In this document: one piece after another, positions 26,516 through 38,200 of the stretch
How positions within the stretch are numbered: position 1 is the stretch's first letter
Layout of the letters: every line of letters starts with the position of its first letter
Assembly (NCBI GenBank): GCA_964016885.1
Contig: OZ024740.1
Location: forward strand, 22,630,001 to 22,694,000
Source: Eledone cirrhosa
Lineage: Eukaryota
Direction: 5' to 3'
DNA: 64,000 nt
The notes under the pieces: generated by a model
What the model was told of the DNA's origin: nothing
The model's database searches: none
What the model saw: the letters and a program-made list of their open reading frames with translations, nothing else
Program-made: the position numbers and the translations under genes

Positions 26516-26859
26516 ATAGTATTAACAATTGTTTGATGGATCAGGTGAGTCTAAAGGCCGCTAATCACTCGAAATTGCGTCACTCGACCTCTAACTGGAT
26601 TAGCTAAAACGATAACTTGTTATTCCATATATATATATTTTCAAAATATTCAAACGTAAACAACAAAGTAAACAGTACATTACAATGAAGAAATATATTA
26701 TATTAACGCTTCATAGAATAGGAGAAGAGTCTGTACCTTCATTAGAATATAGAATGAGAAATAAAAGACGAAATAGAATGATAGACGGTGAAAATGGGAA
26801 GGAAAGGAATAAAAGTTTTCTTGGGTAAAAACATATGTATTTGTGTATGGACGCTGGAT

Positions 26860-27045
26860 TGGCAGTATCGGTAGAAGGTCGGACTCCATGCTTTGCAGCA
26901 AAGAATTACGGCCCTTTATGGTCTGAGTTCAAATCCCGCTGAGGTTAACTTTGCCTTTCATCCTTACGGGGGTCGATAAAATAAAGTACTAGTAATACAC
27001 TGGGATAATTGCTGGCCTTGTGCCAAAAGTAGAAACCATTATAAT
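26860..27045 (+). mobile_element. tRNA-derived SINE with a conserved central domain
   Basis: A-box-like tggcagtatcgg, B-box gagttcaaatccc, then gcctttcatccttacgggggtcgataaaat; further copies at 3045-3277 and a degenerate one at ~34800-35000. Confidence 0.75.
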
Positions 27046-27121
27046 TAAGCATAGGTACACACACACACACACACACACATACACACACACACACACACAC
27101 ACATATACATATATATATGTG

Positions 27122-27420
27122 TGAAGGCGCATGGCTTAGTGGTTAGAGCATTGAGCTTGCAATACGGAAATTAGTTCGATTCGGTGATGTGTTGTGTCCT
27201 TGAGCAAGACAGTTTATTTCACGTTGCTCCAGTTTACTCAGCTGTAGACATGACTTGCGATGTCACTGGTGTATCGGCCGTTGCCTTGGACAGCATAGGT
27301 GGCGTGGAGAGGAGAGACTGGTATACATGGGCGACTACTGGTCTTCCACAAACAATCTTGCCCGGACTTGTGCCTCGGAGCCTCGGAGGGGAACTTTCCA
27401 GGTGCATATCCGTGGTCATT
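27122..27420 (+). mobile_element. Second tRNA-derived SINE
   Basis: A box tggcttagtgg, B box agttcgattc, followed by gtgtccttgagcaagaca...ctcagctgt, a common SINE core motif. Confidence 0.75.
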
Positions 27421-27505
27421 CCTGACCATGGTCATTCCTGACCATGGTCATTCCTGACCGTCGTCATTCCTGACCGTCGTCATTCCTGACCGTGGTCATT
27501 CCTGA
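27410..27505. repeat. 16-bp minisatellite, 6 copies, at the SINE tail
   Basis: ccRtSgtcattcctga repeated six times. Confidence 0.93.
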
Positions 27506-27529
27506 ATTAAGCGTATTTAAGACGAGGTT

Positions 27530-27822
27530 AATTCACCATAATTGCTTTATTGCATGATATATATTTCTGTTACATGGTTATGCGTGTGACTTCATCAGAT
27601 GCTCATATAATCATCAGGTGTAGTTATTCAATCATGTCGCTGGTCATGTATTACCATTCAGTTGTGAAGACATACAACCAGACATTTGGTAATACATAAT
27701 CAGCGACATATCACCAGGATTGCATAACTATACCTATGATTGTATATGAATCTGATGAAGTCACATGTATAACCATGTCACAGAAATATATATAATGCAG
27801 TAAAGCAATTATGGTGAAGTAA
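27530..27822. mobile_element. Family L diverged fold-back with hammerheads at 27552-27602 (-) and 27748-27798 (+)
   Basis: Minus copy: gcau CUGAUGA aguca...aca GAAA uauaua UC augc; the arms are imperfect reverse complements. Confidence 0.72.
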
Positions 27823-27986
27823 TCCCCTCTTAACTACTGTTATTTGATAAATGAATACTCCGTCACTCCTAAACACCAACTCTTAGCTGGGATAAACTAC
27901 TGACGAGGAGTGCATTTTGATCGGTCGAACCGGCTTATCCTCACGAAGTTACACTGTAACAACCACGTATTAGCACCTTATGTGGC

Positions 27987-28017
<31 letters not shown>

Positions 28018-28057
28018 TGTGAATGTATCTATAGTATATTTGGCAATATACCGTTTG

Positions 28058-28103
<46 letters not shown>

Positions 28104-28108
28104 ATTGA

Positions 28109-28976
28109 CCACTGATTGACCTCGATGTCACGTGATTGTTTCTTTTTGAATTTGCCACAGACGTAGAGGCAGTGATTTTCTCAATGGCTGGGATTTCAGT
28201 CCACGCTTCGCTATTTCCTTCCCACTGAATTATTTTTTTAATAAGTTTCCAGAGTCCTCGCTATGCCTGGAAACTTACATGAAAATAGACTTCCCTGACG
28301 ACGGAATGCTTTTCAATATATTCTTCGGAAAATATATTTACTCCATTCCAGAAACTAATTAGTTGGAAGTGATATTTTAGTAAGTAAGTCAATTTTATAA
28401 TTTTTTTATAATTTTATAATTTTCTTATCTTACGTCTCTCATATTATTGTTCTGCAACCCCATGCATTGAATCACAATGTTACTAAGACAAAACCTATAT
28501 ATTTGCTAGCATTGATATGCATCTGTATGTATATAAATGTTACTAGATATAAATTCTTTATAATTATCTCCAATTCATTTGTCGAGCAATATTGGCCATG
28601 ACTGCTGCTATAGTAGTAGGCAGGCCGCTGTCTTATTAACAACTCGCTTTCCACTGATTGACCTCGATGTCACAGGATTGTTTCTTTTTGAATTTGCCAC
28701 AGACGTAGAGGCAGTGATTTTCTCAATGGCTGGGATTTCAGTCCACGCTTCGCTATTTCCTTCCCACTGAATTATTTTTTTAATAAGTTTCCAGAGTCCT
28801 CGCTTTGCCTGGAAACTTACATGAAAATAGACTTCCCTGACGACGGAATGCTTTTCAATATATTCATCGGAAAATATATTTACTCCATTCCAGAAACTAA
28901 TTAGTTGGAAGTGATATTTTAGTAAGTAAGTCAATTTTATAATTATTTTATAATTTTATAATTTTCTTATCTTACT

Positions 28977-28982
<6 letters not shown>
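28109..28982 (+). mobile_element. Family B: 542-bp monomer, ~1.6 tandem copies, hammerheads at 28289-28370 and 28831-28912
   Basis: ccactgattgacctcgatg at 28109 and 28651; acttcc CTGACGA c ggaatg...cattcc a GAAA ctaattag TT ggaagt. Confidence 0.86.
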
Positions 28983-29032
<50 letters not shown>

Positions 29033-29035
<3 letters not shown>

Positions 29036-29580
29036 GTAAAGTCAATTTTTTAAAATTTATTTTGAAACTTTTTCATTATTTACTAAACCTTGTTTATATT
29101 TGTTCTGGCTCGTTAATTTATTAACCCGCCATTGAACCACATTGGCACTTGGTTGGACAATACATGCGTACCTTGGCGCCTTGTGCATGAAGGGACGTAT
29201 TTCATATTACTACTACCTCCACTAACGTTGAGAACAAACCGGGTCATTCCGACTGCTGCTGATAACAGCGGTGGCTAGTTTGACCTACCTCCTTTTGCCT
29301 CTATCTTTGCTACGGCCCTTGATAAACCTGTTCTACATCATCCACTCTCATCCCAGGAACAGTTTTTGATAGCGCTAGTTTGTGATTTAAATTCAGGAAT
29401 TTTATATTCTTTGAATGAAAAGAACCTTCTGACGAGAATCTCTCTTTGCAACGAAGGCCGTATGGTCTCAGTTTTATTTTTGGGATTCGAAACCGATCGG
29501 TAAAGGTAACTATAGTAGGTAAAGTCAATTTTTTAAAATTTATTTTGAAACTTTTTCATTATTTACTAAACCTTGTTTAT
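29033..29580 (+). mobile_element. Family F: 483-bp monomer plus ~65-bp terminal redundancy, hammerhead at 29424-29507
   Basis: taggtaaagtcaatttttt at 29033 and 29516; acctt CTGACGA gaatct...ggattc GAAA ccgatcgg TA aaggt. Confidence 0.86.
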
Positions 29581-29583
29581 ATA

Positions 29584-29656
<73 letters not shown>

Positions 29657-29659
<3 letters not shown>

Positions 29660-30481
29660 GTAAGTATGTATGTATACGTACATACATATATGTATACAGA
29701 CGTACAGTAGTATGTATATATATACATACATGCACATATATATATATATGCTCGTATCGGTTTACCGAACATTTATTATAATGCTCGGTTTGTTTGTTTG
29801 TAAACAAACAAACAGCCCGAGCATTATAATAAATGTTCGGTAAACCGATACGTGCATATATATATGCATGTATGTATATATATACATACTACTGTACGTC
29901 TGTATACATATATGTATGTACGTACACATATATACATACTTACATTTAAGTAAGTGCCGTACTAAGAGTGAGAAATGAAATTTCGTTTCATTCTATTCCA
30001 TTTATCGTTTTCGGTGTGCCCGGCCGACTGAACTCACTCGATATGCAAATTAGGCTGCTCAGCCGTTAATATGCATAAGGAAAGTATATACTTTCAGACG
30101 TTCAACCATCTGGCAGGAAGGTATACGATGCTGACGATAGCTAATAAGCTTGAAACTAGTACATCGTTCCTGTGTCAGTGTTGAACAAAAAGGTGACGTG
30201 GTTGCATAAACACTGTACGGCGTAATTCGGGCTGTTTGTTTGTTTACAATAATGTTTATTATAATGCTCGTTTTGTTTGTTTACAAACAAACAAACCGAG
30301 CATTATAATAAATTGTCGGTAAACCGATATGTGCATATATATGTGTGCATGTATGTATATATATACATACTACTGTACGCCTGTTTACATATATGTATGT
30401 ACGTATACATACATACATACTTATATTTAAGTAAGTGCCGTACTAAGAGTGAGAAATGAAATCTCGTTTCATTCTATTCCA
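29657..30481. mobile_element. Family M: 479-bp monomer, ~1.4 copies (+) with an inverted partial copy on the left; hammerhead at 30125-30167
   Basis: gcattataataaat at 29821 and 30300; acgatg CTGACGA t-agct-aata-agct-t GAAA ctag TA catcgt. Confidence 0.85.
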
Positions 30482-30483
30482 TG

Positions 30484-30617
<134 letters not shown>

Positions 30618-30645
30618 AACAAAAGATGGTTAAAAGAGTTCCATG

Positions 30646-30716
30646 TATTTTATTATGCGCATTTCAAAAACAAATATCATCATGCAATAATATTTGTGTT
30701 TTCATCAGATAAAATA
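30646..30716 (-). ncRNA. Type I hammerhead (family N); partial fold-back copy at ~3792-3890
   Basis: Reverse complement: uauuuuau CUGAUGA aaacacaaauauu...gauauuuguuuuu GAAA ugcgca UA auaaaaua; 8-bp stem I and palindromic stem III. Confidence 0.85.
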
Positions 30717-30906
30717 GGAAGATATGAAATGAAGGTTAAAAAACACTTGTGGATAGTGCAGTTTTAAATCAACATATATATTTATATATATACATACATA
30801 CATATATATAGTGTCTATTAATATTCATACACTTAATATGTATTACGCTACCTTTGGTTTTATAGTCTATGCACTACCACAATATTATGTGTGTGTGTGT
30901 GTGTGT

Positions 30907-30974
<68 letters not shown>

Positions 30975-31453
30975 GTATATACATTATGTATATTTAAAAA
31001 TTCCGTTTGTTTATGTATGTGTGTGAGCAAAAGTATCTGTATTTGTGGTTAGCTAAGTATTACTGCTCTGTTAAGTGAATATATTTAAATGCATATGGAT
31101 GTATATGTAGCTGTATGTATATACATTTCGCCGTGTTACTGTAATGATATATATTCGTATGTTAACCACTATATATGTGCGCCTGCGTGTTTATTCATGT
31201 GTGTTTGGGTGGTGTGTATGTTTATATGCTTCAATTCGAGCATAGGTGATGGTTGCTTATATATATATGTATATACATATACATATATATATATGTGTGT
31301 GTGTTTGTTTTATATGGTATTGGTAAATATATACATAACAAAAATTGACTGATAGCTATGGTTTGTACGTATATATATATATGCATGTGTGTATATATGT
31401 ACATATATGTGTGTGTATATATATATATATAATATGTACATATATGTGTGTGT

Positions 31454-31487
<34 letters not shown>

Positions 31488-31523
31488 GTAATGATAATAA
31501 ATGTGAAGACTAAAATCTGAAGA

Positions 31524-31567
<44 letters not shown>

Positions 31568-31928
31568 ATGTGTGTATGTGTATGTGTGTGTGTGTGTGTC
31601 GTGTGTGTGTGTGTGTGTGGGTGTGTCTGTATGGACTGTTCCCATTAATATCTATTAATATCTAGTCGCCCTCCATAGCTCTATGTCGCTATTTGCCAGA
31701 AGAAATGAGAGACAAATGTGATGCTATTAGTTTACAGAAGCTCAATAAACAATATTTAAAACATTGTATACCATCAGAAACATTCAACTATCTTTAGTAG
31801 GCAAGCGCCAACATCTCATTTCTTTGTTGACAATGAATAGGAGGTACTGGAGTATGAGATACCGGAATATGATATACCCCCAGTATATTGTTGGTACTTA
31901 TTGAAAGACGTGACAGAGAAATGATCAA

Positions 31929-32988
31929 ACCAGATAGAAAAATGCGTACAGCAAAAAAAAGTAATATTGTTGGAATATAAACCTTTAAAAATACAGGACA
32001 AGAAACTAAAATAAAACTTTAAAAGAATAGGACAAGAAACTAAGATAAAACTTTAAAAGAATAGGACAAGAAACTAAGATAAAACTTTAAAGAATTGGAC
32101 AAGAAATAAAAAATGTTACAATAATATTAGTGGCAACATTTTTATTGGTAAACAATCGAGTTCCACATTCATATGCTCTGGGTTCCACATTCAGAGGTCG
32201 TCGTCAGACCGGGGGGATCATTTGATCCTGGTTTGAACACCAATTGGGCCATAACCATACCCCTATTTCATCATTCGGCGACACGCCTCATGTGTCATGC
32301 ATAATGTGAATGGATCCATGGGCCCATGAGCACAGATCTTGAGCAGCAGCGGACGGTCTTGTCGTCCCGCTCATCCTTGATCTTGACCAACCCGTCCATC
32401 TTCTCCTTGCATCTTGTCCTTGAGTTCAAGTCCGGCAGTCCAGATGAATGCGTGCCACAGCTTTCTGGTACAGGAAGGAGGAGCAGGAGGACTGGAGGGA
32501 TGACGGGACAGAGGGAGGGAGGACCGGTGGTTGAGGGAGGTGCCGTAGTCGGTGGTCAGAGTCGACATCTTGTCCCGGTCGTCTTCTCCATCTTCGTCTG
32601 GTGTTGCGGGACCAGAAGTGCATTCTTTGAGGAGACCTGCAGCTGCATCGGCCAATTCTTCTTGCAATGGTCATTCTGACGGAGCAGAAGTGCTCAGCCA
32701 ACCAACCCCAACCAGAACCAACCGCTCAGGGGCAACGCACAATGAGAGCATGACAATTATTATGCACTAATCAAGAAGATACTGGGGCATAGCACAGGAA
32801 ACGAATAAAAAAATTTTGCCACTAATATTATTGTAAAATTTTTTATTTCTGTTCAATTCTTTAAAGTTTTATCTTAGTTTCTTGTCCTATTCTTTTAAAG
32901 TTTTATTTTAGTTTCTTGTCCTGTATTTTTAAAGGTTTATATTCCAACAATATTACATGTTTTTGCTGTACGCATTTTTCTATCTGGT
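31929..32988. other. Inverted-repeat cassette: ~175-205-bp AT-rich arms with 34-bp subrepeats around a ~680-bp GC-rich core
   Basis: 31929-32136 is the reverse complement of 32816-32988, with one subrepeat fewer on the right. Confidence 0.8.
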
Positions 32989-33261
32989 CTACTATTTTTT
33001 AAGGCAATGCAAGCAACAACTATTTAATAATTAAATGATCATAGTGAATTACTGACAAGTGATTGACATTTTAAAGTTCTTTTGAGTATAATTGCAATCT
33101 AGTTGAGGCAACTGGCTTAATGACAAAGCTAGTAAATCATAAATGCATTTGAGATGATTAGTGCATAATAGTGAATTGGTGAAACTTGTGCATTTCAATG
33201 GTGTTACAACAATAGATGTAAGTTATATAGTAGTAATACTTTATCATTTTAACATTTTAGA

Positions 33262-33630
33262 ATGGACAAAAACCCATGCAAAGAAATGACTTTGACTGCA
33301 GTGATTCTCTCCAATTTACTTACAAAGCAAAACGTGGTCAAATACCTTATCAGCTCTGTTAAAATGCCCATTGAATCACTGAAAATCGGATGCATGGAAT
33401 TCCTCATAAAATGCACCTATGAATCGGAAGCCATCACATATATCAATGGATATAGGGAGTTGTCCACACTGGAAGACCATCACTTCATTTGTGACTTCAT
33501 CAGTTATCTCCACGATTATCTCAGACACCCAATGCCATTGGTGAGAGGTGATCCAATGTGTGAGCATGTAACTAATCTTATAGAAGTTGTTATCGACCAC
33601 CTGGCTTTTAGTGACATTTCACTGATTTGA
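33262..33630 (+). CDS. Uncharacterised 122-aa ORF or exon-like segment
   Basis: Non-repetitive, protein-like composition; preceded by an acceptor-like ttttaacattttag; no recognisable domain. Confidence 0.3.
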   Translation: MDKNPCKEMTLTAVILSNLLTKQNVVKYLISSVKMPIESLKIGCMEFLIKCTYESEAITYINGYRELSTLEDHHFICDFISYLHDYLRHPMPLVRGDPMCEHVTNLIEVVIDHLAFSDISLI

Positions 33631-34310
33631 CTGATAATGATGTATTTTTAAAAAGTATGTGTACATTATAGTTACTATTTTAAGGCAATGCAAGCAACAA
33701 CTATTTAATAAAATTTAAATTTAAAAATGACCATTGTGCATTACTAGTATGATGACATTTTATTAAGTCACAAAATTAGTCAGTCAGCCATAGAACAAGG
33801 ATCAGGTGGCAAAAACATTGGCAAAAATTTGTGTCAATTTAAGATTTCCAACATTGTTCAAATGAATCATATCTGGTTTGAAGTCAGATTTGTCAAATTT
33901 TGACCAATTTTCAATGTTGTGAAGATTGGGCAAGTTCAATTTTTGAATCATTTCTTTCATGCAGTAATTAAACTTTTCCAAACGTCGTCATTTCTGGATT
34001 ACCTCCCCTAGCGTCACGCTTACTACTCACTCACTTGAACACAAGATTTATCAGCAAACTTTGATTATAAACTTTTTCCCGCTGGACCAAATTTCTAGAT
34101 TTTTAAGCCAAAAGATACGTAATGATCTACTGTTCATACTCATATAAGTTTTATCTCAGTTAAATAAAGTAGAGCCGCGCTGAACTGTCGTAAACAGACG
34201 ATTGCCAACGAAAACACGACCACAACAATATTCCTAAACGGACTACCGTCCGTTTATGATTAAATGAGTGAGCCTTTATTGGAACCCGGAATAGATGTAA
34301 GATCAAAGGC

Positions 34311-34730
34311 CTTCTTCTTCTTCTTCTTCTTCTTCTTCTTCTTCTTCTTCTTCTTCTTCTTCTTCTTCTTCTTCTTCTTCTTCTTCTTCTTCTTCTTCTT
34401 CTTCTTCTTCTTCTTCTTCTTCTTCTTCTTCTTCTTCTTCTTCTTCTTCTTCTTCTTCTTCTTCTTCTTCTTCTTCTTCTTCTTCTTCTTCTTCCTGAGG
34501 GGATCGCAGGGGAACAGTCCTCAACCACCCCCTCCAGTGGGTCCTGTCAGAAGCAACCGTCTACAACTGATCCGGCTGGATCCCCAAACAAAACCAACCA
34601 AGTTCATGGATGTTATCCAACCATCTTGCTCGAGGTCTACCCCTGGGTCTCCTGCCGGCTGGTTTTGTAAAATATGTCCAGGGATTCTTTCCTGAGACAT
34701 TCTAACCACTTGCCCATAATATCAGCGTTT
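34311..34730 (-). mobile_element. RTE-clade LINE 3' fragment with an expanded (GAA)n tail (34311-34495)
   Basis: Minus-strand translation with frameshifts: YYGQVVRMSQERIP...GRRPRGRPRARWLDNIHELGW...DRTHWRGWLRTVPLRSP, followed directly by the (GAA)n tract. Confidence 0.8.
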
Positions 34731-35246
34731 ATGACTTATTTTATTCAAACTATTTAAATACATTATCGAATGTATCTATATTTTCAAATGTCAGCAGACA
34801 CTGGTCAAGTATATGAATTATTAGAGACGTTAGAGCGTCGGATAGAACACCTTGCAGTAGTCTTTTTGAACCCTTTCGCTCTAAATTCAATCCTGGCCAG
34901 ATAGCCTTTGTCTTTCATCACTTTGAGATCGTTAAATTAAATACCACTCATGTAATGGGGAAATTTCGTTAATCCCCGTCCCCATCTCTTGGAAGTGGCC
35001 ACTGCCGACAGAATTGAGTCTTGTTAAACCAAATAACACTACCAAACAACGGAAAACCATTTTTGTATTTCACCACGATTTCATTACAAGTCCATTGCAT
35101 TTATCATAGTCACCAGTTGTCGTTTGCCATCTGGATAACGCAAAAAAGGAAGTCTGAAACTTGAGTAAGAATTAGCTGCTATATATAGGCGGTCCTATAC
35201 AGAGTATAGACGATAGGCGATTGAATGCAGAGTCTAGACGATAGGC

Positions 35247-38200
35247 CAGTGGTTCTCAACCTTTTTTTTGCCAACGGCACACCTTGGAACACCTGGCTAA
35301 ATATATATGAAAAATATTTGAACTTTACAAAATAAAAACATGGCAAGTCATACACGGTATACAACTGTAGACATAGACAAGTCATAGACGGTATACAACT
35401 GTAGACACAGACTAGTCATAGACGGCATACAACTGTAGACACAGACAAGTCATAGACGGTATACAACGTAGACACAGACTAGTCATAGACAGTATACAAC
35501 TGTAGACACAGACAAGTCATAGACGGTATACAACGTAGACACAGACTACTCATAGACGGTATACAACTGTAGACACAGACAAGTCATAGACAGTATACAA
35601 CTGTAGACACAGACTAGTCATAGACGGTATACAATTGTAGACACAGACTAGTCATAGACGGCATACAACTGTAGATACAGACTAGTCATAGACGGCATAC
35701 AACTGTAGACACATGCTAGTCATAGACGGTATACAACTGTAGACACAGGCTAGTCATAGACGGTATACAATTGTAGACACAGACTAGTCATAGACGGCAT
35801 ACAACTGTAGATACAGACTAGTCATAGACGGCATACAACTGTAGACACAGGCTAGTCATAGACGGTATACAACTGTAGACACAGGCTAGTCATAGACGGT
35901 ATACAATTGTAGACACAGACTAGTCATAGACGGCATACAACTGTAGATACAGACTAGTCATAGACGGCATACAACTGTAGACACAGGCTAGTCATAGACG
36001 GCATACAACTGTAGATACAGACTAGTCATAGACGGCATACAACTGTAGACACATGCTAGTCATAGACGGTATACAACTGTAGACACAGGCTAGTCATAGA
36101 CGGTATACAATTGTAGACACAGACTAGTCATAGACGGCATACAACTGTAGATACAGACTAGTCATAGACGGCATACAACTGTAGACACAGGCTAGTCATA
36201 GACGGTATACAACTGTAGACACAGGCTAGCCATAGACGGTATACAATTGTAGACACAGACTAGTCATAGACGGCATACAACTGTAGATACAGACTAGTCA
36301 TAGACGGCATACAACTGTAGACACAGGCTAGTCATAGACGGTATACAACTGTAGACACAGGCTAGTCATAGACGGTATACAATTGTAGACACAGACTAGT
36401 CATAGACGGCATACAACTGTAGATACAGACTAGTCATAGACGGCATACAACTGTAGATACAGGCTAGTCATAGACGGTATACAACTGTAGACACAGACTA
36501 GTCATAGACGGTATACAACTGTAGACACAGACAAGTCATAGACGGTATACAACTGTAGACACAGACTAGTCATAGACGGTATACAATTGTAGATACAGAC
36601 AAGTCATAGACGGCATACAACTGTAGACACAGACAAGTCATAGACGGCATACAACTGTAGACACAGACTAGTCGTAGACGGTATACAACCGTAGACATAG
36701 ACAAGTCATAGACGGCATACAACCGTAGACATATACAAGTCATAGACGGCATACAACTATAGACACAGATTAGTCATAGACGGTATACAACGGTAGACAC
36801 ACACTAGTCATAGACGACATACAACTGTAGACACAGACTAGTCATAGACGGCATACAACTGTAGACACAAACTAGTCATAGACGGCATACAACTATAGAC
36901 ACAGACTAGTCATAGACGGTATACAACGGTAGACACACACTAGTCATAGACGGCATACAACTATAGACACAGACTAGTCATAGACGGCATACAACTGTAG
37001 ACACAGACTAGTCATAGACGGCATACAACTGTAGACACAGACTAGTCATAGACGGTATACAACTGTAGACACAGACTAGTCATAGACGGCATACAACCGT
37101 AGACATAGACAAGTCATAGACGGCATACAACCGTAGACATAGACAAGTCATAGACGGCATACAACTATAGACACAGACTAGTCATAGACGGTATACAACG
37201 GTAGAGACACACTAGTCATAGACGGCATACAACGGTAGACACAGAATAGTCATAGACCGTTAACAACTGTAGACACAGACTAGTCATAGACGGTATACAA
37301 CCCTAGACACAGACTAGTCATAGACGGTATACAACGGTAGACACACACTAGTCATAGACGGCATACAACGGTAGACACAGACTAGTCATAGACCGTTAAC
37401 AACTGTAGACACAGACTAGTCATAGATGGTATACAACCATAGACACAGACTAGTCATAGATGGTATACAACGCTAGACACACACTAGTCATAGACGGCAT
37501 ACAACGGTAGACACAGACTAGTCATAAACGGTATACAACTGTAGACAGACTAGTTATAGATGGTATACAACCGTAGACACAGACTAGTCAAAGACGGTAT
37601 ACAACCCTAGACACAGACTAGTCATATACGGTATACAACCGCAGACACAGACTAGTCAAAGACGGTATACAACCGCAGACACAGACTAGTCAAAGACGGT
37701 ATACAATCGTAGACACAGACTAGTCATAGATGGTATACAACGGTAGACATACACAAGTCATAGACGGTATACAACGGGAGGCACAGACTAGTCATATACG
37801 GTATACAACGGAAGACACAGACAAGTCATAGACGGCATACAACCGTAGACACAGACTAATCATAGACCGTTAACAACCGTAGACGCAGACTAGTCATAGA
37901 TGGTATAAAACCGTAGACACATACTAGTCATAGACGGTATACAACTGTAGACACAGACTAGTCAAAGACGGTATACAACTGTAGACACAGACTAGTCATA
38001 GACGGCATACAACGATAGACACAGACTAGTCATAGACAGTATACAACTGTAGACACAGACTAGTCATAGACGGCATACAACTGTAGACATAGACTAGTCA
38101 AAACGGTATACAACTGTAGACATAGACTAGTCATATAGATGGTATACAACTGTAGACACAGACTAGTCATAGACGGTATACAACTGTAGATACAGACTAG

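Noticed and set aside
26860-27190. Possible tRNA genes (A and B boxes)
   Set aside because: No cloverleaf could be formed and the boxes continue into SINE bodies.
27895-27965. CTGACGA...GAAG gttacactgtaac motif
   Set aside because: GAAG replaces GAAA and there is no stem I, so it cannot be supported as a ribozyme.
34160-34695. Poly-R, poly-E and poly-F ORFs
   Set aside because: They are translations of the (TTC)n LINE tail.
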